DNA from: Tepidiformaceae bacterium
GTDB taxonomy: Bacteria; Chloroflexota; Dehalococcoidia; Tepidiformales; Tepidiformaceae
Length of the DNA stretch: 64,000 nucleotides
NCBI GenBank assembly: GCA_965116915.1
Contig: OZ220739.1
Location: 630,864-694,863 of the forward strand
Direction of reading: 5' to 3'
The notes beneath the pieces are model-generated. The model ran no database searches. It was given only the letters and a program-made list of their open reading frames with translations, and was not told the origin of the DNA. The stretch's first letter is position 1, and each line of letters starts with the position of its first letter. A program made the position numbers and the translations under genes. Below are positions 54,878 through 63,036 of this stretch, in pieces.

Positions 54878-57800
54878 CGCACATCGTCGCGCGCACCTGC
54901 ACGGAGCTATCTCCGAACAGGGAGCGTCACGCTCCCGAGCCACAGCCCCAACCGCTGAGCGCCTACCGGGCCGAACCGGCGTATGTCCTGTTGGGCGACC
55001 CAGGTCTGGGAAAGACCACTGCCCTTCAAGGCGAATACGAGGCGATGGGAGAGTCCGCCTGCTTCATCACTGCCCGCAACTTCCTGACCCTCGATCCCGA
55101 CAGCCATCCGGAGTGGCGGGAGAAGACGCTCTTCATTGACGGCCTCGACGAGGTGCGTACGGGCTCCGCCGACGTGCGAACGCCCCTCGACGCCATCCGC
55201 GGCCGCCTGGACAGCCTTCGATGCCAATCCTTCCGGCTGTCCTGCCGGGAAGCCGACTGGTTGGGCGACAACGACCGGCGGGCACTGGAACTGGTGGCTC
55301 CAGGGCGCAGGGTCACGACCCTGCGGCTCGATCCCCTCACCGGCTCCGAAGTGAAGCAGATCCTCGCCGGCCACGAGAAGATCGACGACCCCCAGGCCTT
55401 CATCGACGAAGCGGAGAGCCGCGGCATTGACAGCCTCCTCGCCAATCCGCAGACCCTCAATCTGCTGGCCGATGTGGTGGGCGGGAAGGGAACGTGGCCC
55501 GAGAGCCGCCTCGAGACCTTCGAACTGGCATGTGGTGAAATGGTTAGGGAGCACAACGAGGAGCACTCGTTCGGGACTCAGCCACCGCCCCGGGACGAGC
55601 TGCTGGACGCCGCCGGCTACCTGTGCGCCGCTCAACTCGTGACGGGCGCCGCCGGGTTCTCCCTCGGCCCCGCAGAGGCCTCCGCTGACTGCATTCCCCT
55701 CAACGACTGTGACTACCCTGCTCCGGACGCCCTGCAGCATGCGCTGGCCACACGGCTGTTCAAGGCGGGCGAGGAGAGGCACTTCCTTCCGGTGCACCGC
55801 CATGTGGCGGAGTTCCTGGGTGCGCGTTACCTCGCCCAACGCATCGCCGGAGGCCTGTCGGCGCGACGCGTGCTGGCCCTGATCAGCGGTGCCGACGGGG
55901 TGGTGGTGACCGAGATGCGAGGGCTCTCGGGCTGGCTGGCGGCGCAGTGCGGCGACGCCCGGAGCCTCCTCATCGATCGGGACCCGGTAGGGGCCGCGCT
56001 GTACGGCGACATCCATGGCTTTTCGACCGAGGAGAAGGGCGCCCTCTTGAGGGCGCTTGGCCGGCGCGAGGTGCTCGGTCCCCTCTGGCGGGAGGTCGCC
56101 TCGTTCGAGATGGGAACCACCTTCGGTGCCCTCTCCTCTCCGGACATGGCGCCGGCGATCGACGCCATCCTGTCCGACCCGTCCCGCGATAGCGACCATG
56201 AAGGGCTCGTCCGGTTCTTGCTGATCCTGCTGTTGCAGGGCTCCCCTGACGCCAGGCTGGCTCCACGCCTGCTCTCCGTGGCACGGGACGAGAGCTGGCC
56301 GCCTCGAGTGAACTCCTTCGCCCTCGATGCGTTCCTCCGCGTCGCGAGCGGCGGCGCCGACCACACCGCCGAACTCAGGGGCCTGTTGGATGCGGTTCAC
56401 GACGGCGCTGTCCCGGACCCGGACCACGAGATGAGGGGCGCACTGCTGAGCCACCTCTATCCGGGGGAGGTCTCCGCGTCCAGCGTCTGGGACCACCTGA
56501 TTGAACGCGGCACCAGCCATTTGGTCGGACACTACTGGTCGTTCTGGAACCAGCACCTCCTGGGTCGGTCGTCAGACCGGGACGTGGGTGACCTTCTCGA
56601 CAGTCTCTACCAGCATCGATCCGACGTGGTCCCCGCCCTGGAGTCTCACCACTGGGAGTCCCTTCCCCTGGACCTGCTGGCTCGGGGACTGGAAGCCCAG
56701 GGGGACAGCGTCCCGCTACCGCGCCTCTCCAACTGGCTACGTGCAGCGGCACCGCCGCTCCGGTGGAGCTTCGGCCCCGACAACGAGTCCCAGCGCCGGG
56801 TCCGTGGCTGGCTGGAGCGGCGCCCCGAGATCCAGAAGGCCGTGCTCATGGAGGGGCTGAAGCGGTGCCCCGACGGCGATCGCTACCACCACGAGTCCTA
56901 CGAGGCCTGGGGCGCGCTTCACGGGAGCTCGCTGCCACCTGACTTCGGGCTGTGGTGCCTGAACCGGGCCGTCGACCTTGCGCCTGTGCACGCCAGGGCA
57001 GCGGAGGATCTCCTCTTGAGGGCGTTTCAAGCCTGGAGGGAGAAGCGCGACGACGAGGGCCTGTCCCTTCCTGTCCTGACGGACGGTGTGCGTGGGCATG
57101 CGCCACTGGAGGCGAGGCTGGCGGCCCTCGTCGAGGGCATGGTGTCCTCCGAAGCGGAGGCGGTGCGCGACAGGACTGAGCAGGACGAGGCAAGGGACGA
57201 ACAGGCACGCGAACGCGAGGAGGACATCGCCTACGTACGCTCCCATGCCGAGGCCCTTCGCGAGAACCGAGCCCCCCTGTGGGTCGTCGGCGAACTGGGC
57301 AGGGCGTACTTTCTCTTCCCACGCGGCCCGGCGACGCATGCTTCTCCCGTAGCGGCCCTCTCGGCATTTCTGGGTGACGACCCAACCCTGGTCGAAGCGG
57401 CCTTGGCCGGCCTGCGAGAGACCTTGTGGCGGAACGACGTGCCGGACGCTGACGAGGTCGTCCGGCTCAAGGAGACGTCCATGCGTCACCGCCTTGACTT
57501 CGCGGTTCTCGCCGGCCTGGACATCCTCCATCGGGACGATCCCACCCGGCTCGAGGACATCACCCAGGATCAGATCGAGACGGCTCTGGCGTTCTACTAC
57601 TGCACACCGGCGGGGTTTGCGGCCACCCCGGCGTGGATCGAGGAGTGGACGGAACGCGTTCCCGACGTGGTGGCGGACGTAGCAGCCCGATGCACGCTCT
57701 CCGCAATCCGGCGCGGCGATGGCTACTCTCCGGCCCTTGAGACCATCAGGCGCCTTGGCGGCCACCCATCCCTGAGGCATGCCACCGCTCTCAGGCTCCT

Positions 57801-58962
57801 TGAAGGGGTGCCGGCCGGAGCGGGCCTGAAGGCGCTGGACACCCTTGACAGTCTGCTCTGGGTCGCTCTCGCCGATCCCGACCGGTCGGCCCTTCTCGAC
57901 CTCGTCGGCGCGAAGCTCTCCCTCAAGAGCATGGGGGTGTCTCAGCGAGTGCGCTGGCTGGCTGCAGGCGCTATCGCCGCCCCGGAAGCCTATGCCGCGG
58001 AGTTGAAGACCTTTGTCGGTGAGGGCCAGCGACGCGTCCGGGCACTGGCGGCCTTCTTCGACTCCCGTGACGCCATGGAGCCCCTGCCGTTCCCGAGCGA
58101 GGAGCGGTGCGCCCCGGTCCTTGAGGCCCTCATCTCTCTCATGGGCCGCTCGTTCGCACGAGACGAGCCCCTCGGGTCTGGCGTCGTGACCATCGAGATG
58201 ACGACCGCTGGACACATCAGGCGCCTCATCCAGCAACTGGCCTCGCTCCCCGGAGACGACGCCCTGCAGGCGTTGGACTCACTCGTTGCCGACGCCGGGC
58301 TCGTCCACTGGCTCGATCACCTCGAGCAGGCGCGCGACGACCAGCGAGTCGTTCACCGGGATGCAGCCTACGGCCACCCGGACCTTGGTCAGTTCAACCG
58401 TGCCTTGAAGGAAGGGGAGCCGGCCAACGTCGGTGACCTTGCCGCACTGCTCCACGACCGACTGACCGCGGTGGCGTCAGGCCTTCGTGCCACCAACACG
58501 GATGACTGGCGGCAGTACTGGAATGAAGACCCGCAAGGTCGACCAGAGAAGCCCAAGCATGAGGAGTCCTGCAGGGACGCACTCCTTTCCCAACTGCGCA
58601 GGACACTCCCGGACGGTGTGGATGCACAGCGCGAGGGGCAGCACTCGGGCGACAAGCAGTCCGACATCCGCGTCTCCTTTGAGGGGTTTAGCGTGCCGGT
58701 AGAGATCAAGAGGGACACGCACCCTAAACTCTGGAGCGCCATCAGGAATCAGCTGATCCAGCAGTACACGCGCGACATCGAAACGGGTGGGTACGGCATC
58801 TACCTGGTGTTCTGGTTCGGTGAGGGGAGCGTGCAATCTCCGCCGACCGGAACGCGCCCGACAAGTCCCCAGGAGTTGCAGGAGCGCCTGGAAGCGACGT
58901 TGACGGAGGACGAAGCCCGCAAGATTGAAGTGTTCGTGGTTGACGTCAGCCGGGTGACCTAG
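54874..58962 (+). CDS. STAND/NACHT-like NTPase with helical repeats and a C-terminal PD-(D/E)xK-like domain (1362 aa)
   Basis: ATG 54874 overlaps the upstream TGA (ATGA). Walker A LLGDPGLGKTT and Walker B TLFIDGLDEV. About 900 aa of Leu/Ala-rich helical repeats. The C-terminus has SDIRVSFEGFSVPVEIKRD (about 58660-58720). Confidence 0.8.
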   Translation: MTHIVARTCTELSPNRERHAPEPQPQPLSAYRAEPAYVLLGDPGLGKTTALQGEYEAMGESACFITARNFLTLDPDSHPEWREKTLFIDGLDEVRTGSADVRTPLDAIRGRLDSLRCQSFRLSCREADWLGDNDRRALELVAPGRRVTTLRLDPLTGSEVKQILAGHEKIDDPQAFIDEAESRGIDSLLANPQTLNLLADVVGGKGTWPESRLETFELACGEMVREHNEEHSFGTQPPPRDELLDAAGYLCAAQLVTGAAGFSLGPAEASADCIPLNDCDYPAPDALQHALATRLFKAGEERHFLPVHRHVAEFLGARYLAQRIAGGLSARRVLALISGADGVVVTEMRGLSGWLAAQCGDARSLLIDRDPVGAALYGDIHGFSTEEKGALLRALGRREVLGPLWREVASFEMGTTFGALSSPDMAPAIDAILSDPSRDSDHEGLVRFLLILLLQGSPDARLAPRLLSVARDESWPPRVNSFALDAFLRVASGGADHTAELRGLLDAVHDGAVPDPDHEMRGALLSHLYPGEVSASSVWDHLIERGTSHLVGHYWSFWNQHLLGRSSDRDVGDLLDSLYQHRSDVVPALESHHWESLPLDLLARGLEAQGDSVPLPRLSNWLRAAAPPLRWSFGPDNESQRRVRGWLERRPEIQKAVLMEGLKRCPDGDRYHHESYEAWGALHGSSLPPDFGLWCLNRAVDLAPVHARAAEDLLLRAFQAWREKRDDEGLSLPVLTDGVRGHAPLEARLAALVEGMVSSEAEAVRDRTEQDEARDEQAREREEDIAYVRSHAEALRENRAPLWVVGELGRAYFLFPRGPATHASPVAALSAFLGDDPTLVEAALAGLRETLWRNDVPDADEVVRLKETSMRHRLDFAVLAGLDILHRDDPTRLEDITQDQIETALAFYYCTPAGFAATPAWIEEWTERVPDVVADVAARCTLSAIRRGDGYSPALETIRRLGGHPSLRHATALRLLEGVPAGAGLKALDTLDSLLWVALADPDRSALLDLVGAKLSLKSMGVSQRVRWLAAGAIAAPEAYAAELKTFVGEGQRRVRALAAFFDSRDAMEPLPFPSEERCAPVLEALISLMGRSFARDEPLGSGVVTIEMTTAGHIRRLIQQLASLPGDDALQALDSLVADAGLVHWLDHLEQARDDQRVVHRDAAYGHPDLGQFNRALKEGEPANVGDLAALLHDRLTAVASGLRATNTDDWRQYWNEDPQGRPEKPKHEESCRDALLSQLRRTLPDGVDAQREGQHSGDKQSDIRVSFEGFSVPVEIKRDTHPKLWSAIRNQLIQQYTRDIETGGYGIYLVFWFGEGSVQSPPTGTRPTSPQELQERLEATLTEDEARKIEVFVVDVSRVT

Positions 58963-59501
58963 AGCGATCGAGGGGTAGGGTCCGGTGGCTGATGCCCGCA
59001 GTCGGGCTGACAGGAGGAGCGGACGATCGAGCAAGGCGCAGCGTCCCTTGATGAGGTCGGGAGGAAACTGCAGGCCCTCGGGCCTGCCGATGTACGCCTG
59101 CTGGTGCACCGAGATGCTGATGAACTCTCCCTGGTCACGGTTGTCCTCAGCGCGGGCCTGGACACCGCCGGCCTGGCCGACAAGACCTACGACTGCGGCG
59201 AGGTCGCGCGGCCCGTCGACGATCCACTTTGGGGTGCTCCGTGTCGTCGCCCAGCTTGCGGCGGAGCCTACTGACGATCGTGCGCATGGGGCGGGTGTCG
59301 CCGTCGCTCCTATCGCCCCAGACGCGCTTCAGCAGGTGCTGGTGTCCGCATCCGCCCGGCGTCGGCCGGGTAGTGGAGTCCTACCCACGCCGTGTGCGCT
59401 TAGCGTCATTCTGCGGCAGGCGGGGCCGTGTCTGCGCGGTCACTGCTATGGGTGACCCACCCGAACGGCGGGGTACTGCGCTCACACGCCCGGCTATGGT
59501 G

Positions 59502-59708
59502 CTACCCCACTTCTTGTTCGGCGAGTTGATGCTCCACCCAGGTCGACAGTCGCCGCCACTCCGCGATGCTCATCCTCATGGAGCGCTGATAGTCGGCGCC
59601 GGGGTAGTGCGTGTTGCTGCGGCTCAAGAGGTAGATCAGAATCTCTTGACGATCGACCTTCACGCGGAGATCCCAAACCGGAATCGCCTTCGCCGTCAGT
59701 TCGGCCAT
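59502..59708 (-). CDS. Hypothetical small protein (68 aa)
   Basis: ATG at 59708 within ORF 59502-59993. No family recognised. Confidence 0.35.
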   Translation of the reverse strand: MAELTAKAIPVWDLRVKVDRQEILIYLLSRSNTHYPGADYQRSMRMSIAEWRRLSTWVEHQLAEQEVG

Positions 59709-59956
59709 GCTCACCCCCGCCGGAGCTCGCGTTGGCCTCACGCCGTCGCACCTCCGGTTTAAGTCGTTCTTCGGGTGGCATCCTATCACTCCATTGCGGC
59801 CCCATCGGCTCCCAGCAACCCCGCCCGGGATCCCTCTCGGTCGGGTCGCGTCCCCCTGGGCATGCGGAAGCCGACGCAGGGCGATAAAATGCGCGAGCGG
59901 GGCCGCCGGTGTGCGCCGCATCTGGCTTGAGAGCTTGCAGAGCCGGAGTCGTGACC

Positions 59957-60181
59957 ATGACCGACCTTCTACAGCAGGCCTTCGACAGGGCATCGGAGTT
60001 GCCGCGAGGCGAGCAGGATGCGTTCGCCCGGTTCCTACTGGCCGAGCTGGATGCGGAGCAGCGCTGGGACGAACTGCTCGACCGCCCCGAGTCGCAGGAC
60101 ATGCTGGAGCGGATGGCGGACGAAGCGATCGGGGCTCACCGGGCGGGGCGGACGGAGCCTCTGAATCTGAGCCAATTGTAG
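59957..60181 (+). CDS. Type II antitoxin (partner of a RelE/ParE-superfamily toxin)
   Basis: MTDLLQQAFDRASELPRGEQDAFARFLLAELDAEQRWDELL is typical of short helical addiction-module antitoxins. It lies directly upstream of the toxin remnant. Confidence 0.6.
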   Translation: MTDLLQQAFDRASELPRGEQDAFARFLLAELDAEQRWDELLDRPESQDMLERMADEAIGAHRAGRTEPLNLSQL

Positions 60182-60183
60182 GG

Positions 60184-60452
60184 GTGCGTTCCTACACGGT
60201 GGCGAGCTTCTGGCGCGCCTATCGCCAACTCCCGGACGCCGTGAAGCAGCAGGCGTGCGACGCGTACCGGTCTTCCTGATGAACCCGCAACATCCGGGCC
60301 TCAACTTCAAGCGCGTGGGAAGACGACGACCGGTGTATTCGGTGCGCGTGAGCAGGAACCATCGGGCACTGGGCATTCTCGAGGACGGCGATATCGTCTG
60401 GTTCTGGATTGGCCCACACGACGAGTACGACCGGTTGCTGAGGCGCGCATGA
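60184..60452 (+). pseudogene. RelE/ParE-superfamily toxin interrupted by a frameshift
   Basis: Frame 1 reads VRSYTVASFWRAYRQLPDAVKQQACDAYRSS-stop (60184-60279). Frame 2 continues FLMNPQHPGLNFKRVGRRRPVYSVRVSRNHRALGILEDGDIVWFWIGPHDEYDRLL (to 60452). Together they form one typical toxin. Confidence 0.7.
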
Positions 60453-60580
60453 CGCCTTACCGGCGTAAGCATCGCGCCGCACGAGAGGCGCACGGCCCGG
60501 ACAGCAAGAAAGGCTCCACACAGGGACGGGAGCCGGGGACACCGCCGTAACCGGCGATGCCCCCGCGTCCGTCCCGCCTG

Positions 60581-62830
60581 TCAGGCGGCCAGCGCCCCCT
60601 CCTGTTCCCGCTCAAGCGCCCACTCGAAGAGGGAGAGCGTGGGAGCCTCGTCGCGGCGCTTGCGCCTCGGCGGCTCCTCCGGCTCCCCGGCCAGGAACTC
60701 AGCCCACGAGAACAGCGACCGCTGAGGCTCCGAGTCCACGGCCTCCGCGACGGCCTCGGCGGCCACCGTGGCACTGGCACCTACCGGCTCTGGCTCCGGC
60801 GCGTGCCAGCCCTCATCGACCAGCAGTGCCTCGGCCTCCGCCGCAACCTGCTGAGCCTGGGCGAAGACCGACTCCACCGAGCCGGCATCCTCCTCGCCCG
60901 CGACGATCTTCCTCGCCAGCGCAAGCATGAGGTCGTCGCCCTCGTCCCCGTAGGCGGCGAGGCCGTCCTCCGGAAGCTCGCCCTCGACGGCCAGCGAGGA
61001 CTGCAGCTTCTGCGCCACGAGCTTGAGGGCGTCCGCCTGCAGGGTGTTCCGGTAGGCCATGAAGACGACCTGGACGGGCTCGCTCTGGCCGATGCGCCAG
61101 GAGCGCCGCGATGCCTGCCGCATGGTGTAGACGGAGTAGTCCGTCTCGTACCAGGCAATCGTAGGGAAGTCCACGAGGTCGAGGCCTGTCTGCACCAACC
61201 GCGGGTGGCAGACGAGCACGTCGACGCCCTCCTCAACGCGCTTCGCCACCCACGCCTCGCGGCGCTCGGGCGGAACGGCGTCGGCCTTCATCACCGCGAC
61301 GTTGAAGCCGTGGCGGGAGAGGAACTCCTCCATGCGCCCCGTGATGTCGCGCGTGCCCGTGTGGGTGGCGTAGACGAGCACCCGCCGCCCCGCCAGCCGC
61401 TCGGCGGCGACGAGGTCGACGAGCGCCCGCTCCTTCGGGTAGAGCCGCTCCTCGGAGAGGGGCGGCACCTGCACGAGCAGCTCCTCGCTCTCCGGGTCGA
61501 AGACCGTCTCGCCCCGGGTGCAGCCGTCCGGGTAGGCGAGGAGCGTCTGCAGATAGGTGGCCAGCAGGCGCTTCGAGCCCTTCGCGAGAAGGTCCGTCAG
61601 CGCCGCCCTGAGCGTCCGGAAGAGCTCGTCGTAGGCGCTCCGCTGGGAGAAGCCGGTGCCGTCCGCTTCCGTCTCCATGTCGGAGAGGAGCACGCGCTCC
61701 TCGTAGGGCGGGAGCCCGGCAGCGACGTCCGAGAGCCTGAGGAAGACGGAGTTGCCGATGAGGTGGAAGAGGGCGGCGGGGGCGAGCCCCGGGCGCTCGC
61801 GGATGACCTTGCGGTACTTCCGCCTGCGGCTCGTGCGGCCGTCCTCGAGGGACTCGCCGTCGTCGCGCCCGATGGTGTGCTCGACGAAGCCGTAGCGCTC
61901 GATCCAGCGGCTCTCCTCCCCGCGCCCGAACTCACCCCGGATCTCCGGGCTGAACCGGTAGAGGAGGTGGAAGAGCGTCGAGGAGTAGCCCCCCATGAGC
62001 GTGCCGCTCAGGCTGAGGGACTTGCCGCAGGCGTCGGCGAGGATGCCGGCGGCGATGCCCTGGGCGGAACCCCTTCCTTTGTATTCATGGGCCTCGTCCC
62101 CGATCAGCAGGTCGAAGAAGCCCCGCAGGTGGTGCTTCACGTAGTCGCTGAGCGGGTAGCGCTTCGGCCCCGAAGGGTCCGCCTTCCAGAGGGTGGAGCC
62201 GCACTCGTCACAGGTGCGCTTCCTGCGGGCGAGGTCCTTCTGCGTGAGGGGCAGCCCGTCCTTGTCGACGATCGGCTCGAAGCAGTTCGGGCAGCAGGGC
62301 ACCCGGAACGGTTCGAGGGTTTCCTCGTTGCGGACGAGCCTGCCGTCGGCCGTCGCCCAGCGCTCAACCACCGCCGGTAGCCAGCGGTAGGAGAGCTTCG
62401 CGCGTTCCCTGGACATGACCGCGAAGAGCGGCCCTGGCCCGTGCGAGAGGCGCAGCTTCTCGAGGTCGGTGATGGAGGCGACGACGGCGGCGCGGGCGTC
62501 GGGCACCGTCTCCTCCACCTCCCGCTTCCACTTGCGGGTGAGGTGGGGCGGGCAGAGGACGAGGATGCGGCGGAAGCCGGCCAGGTGGGCGGCGGAGGCC
62601 GCGATGAACGTCTTGCCCGTGCCCATCTCCCCGACGACGGTGGTGCCGCGGTGTTCCTCGAGGGAGAGGGCGGCGCCGCGGATGGCGTCGGCCTGCGCCC
62701 CCAGGGGCGTGCGCAGCAGGTGCGGCAGGGGCTTCCCGCAGTCGGAGGGCCGGTAGCGGGGTGGGTAGGACTCCACCACCCGTTCGGCGATGGCGTCGCG
62801 GTAGGTGTCGATGAATTCAGCCAGGTCCAT
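60581..62830 (-). CDS. SNF2-like helicase with a Zn-ribbon insert (750 aa, intact)
   Basis: ATG 62830 preceded by GGAGAAGGAG. Walker A GEMGTGKT, LIGDEAHEYKG, CCPNC...CDEC insert, motif VI QASRRSWRIGQ. The ORF upstream of 62830 is Arg/Gly/Pro-rich and was not called. Confidence 0.88.
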   Translation of the reverse strand: MDLAEFIDTYRDAIAERVVESYPPRYRPSDCGKPLPHLLRTPLGAQADAIRGAALSLEEHRGTTVVGEMGTGKTFIAASAAHLAGFRRILVLCPPHLTRKWKREVEETVPDARAAVVASITDLEKLRLSHGPGPLFAVMSRERAKLSYRWLPAVVERWATADGRLVRNEETLEPFRVPCCPNCFEPIVDKDGLPLTQKDLARRKRTCDECGSTLWKADPSGPKRYPLSDYVKHHLRGFFDLLIGDEAHEYKGRGSAQGIAAGILADACGKSLSLSGTLMGGYSSTLFHLLYRFSPEIRGEFGRGEESRWIERYGFVEHTIGRDDGESLEDGRTSRRRKYRKVIRERPGLAPAALFHLIGNSVFLRLSDVAAGLPPYEERVLLSDMETEADGTGFSQRSAYDELFRTLRAALTDLLAKGSKRLLATYLQTLLAYPDGCTRGETVFDPESEELLVQVPPLSEERLYPKERALVDLVAAERLAGRRVLVYATHTGTRDITGRMEEFLSRHGFNVAVMKADAVPPERREAWVAKRVEEGVDVLVCHPRLVQTGLDLVDFPTIAWYETDYSVYTMRQASRRSWRIGQSEPVQVVFMAYRNTLQADALKLVAQKLQSSLAVEGELPEDGLAAYGDEGDDLMLALARKIVAGEEDAGSVESVFAQAQQVAAEAEALLVDEGWHAPEPEPVGASATVAAEAVAEAVDSEPQRSLFSWAEFLAGEPEEPPRRKRRDEAPTLSLFEWALEREQEGALAA

Positions 62831-63036
62831 GGTGTGTCTCCTTCTCCTGTGAGGGACGACACCACGACCTGGACGCACTGAGCCCCCAGCAGCAGCCGGG
62901 GACAAGTGCGCGCAGGCTGCTGGAGGCGTCCCCGGTGAGGTCGTTGGTGCGAGGTTGCCGGTTGCTTGGCGGACCTCGTATTTCCGGATCGGCGTCGACC
63001 CGTCGGGAGCCGCCAACTGAAGGCGGCTCGAAGAAA

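Noticed and set aside
54907-58236. Long minus-strand ORFs (54907-56556, 56737-58236) inside the STAND gene.
   Set aside because: They are antisense shadow ORFs. The plus-strand frame carries the P-loop motifs and continuous helical repeats.
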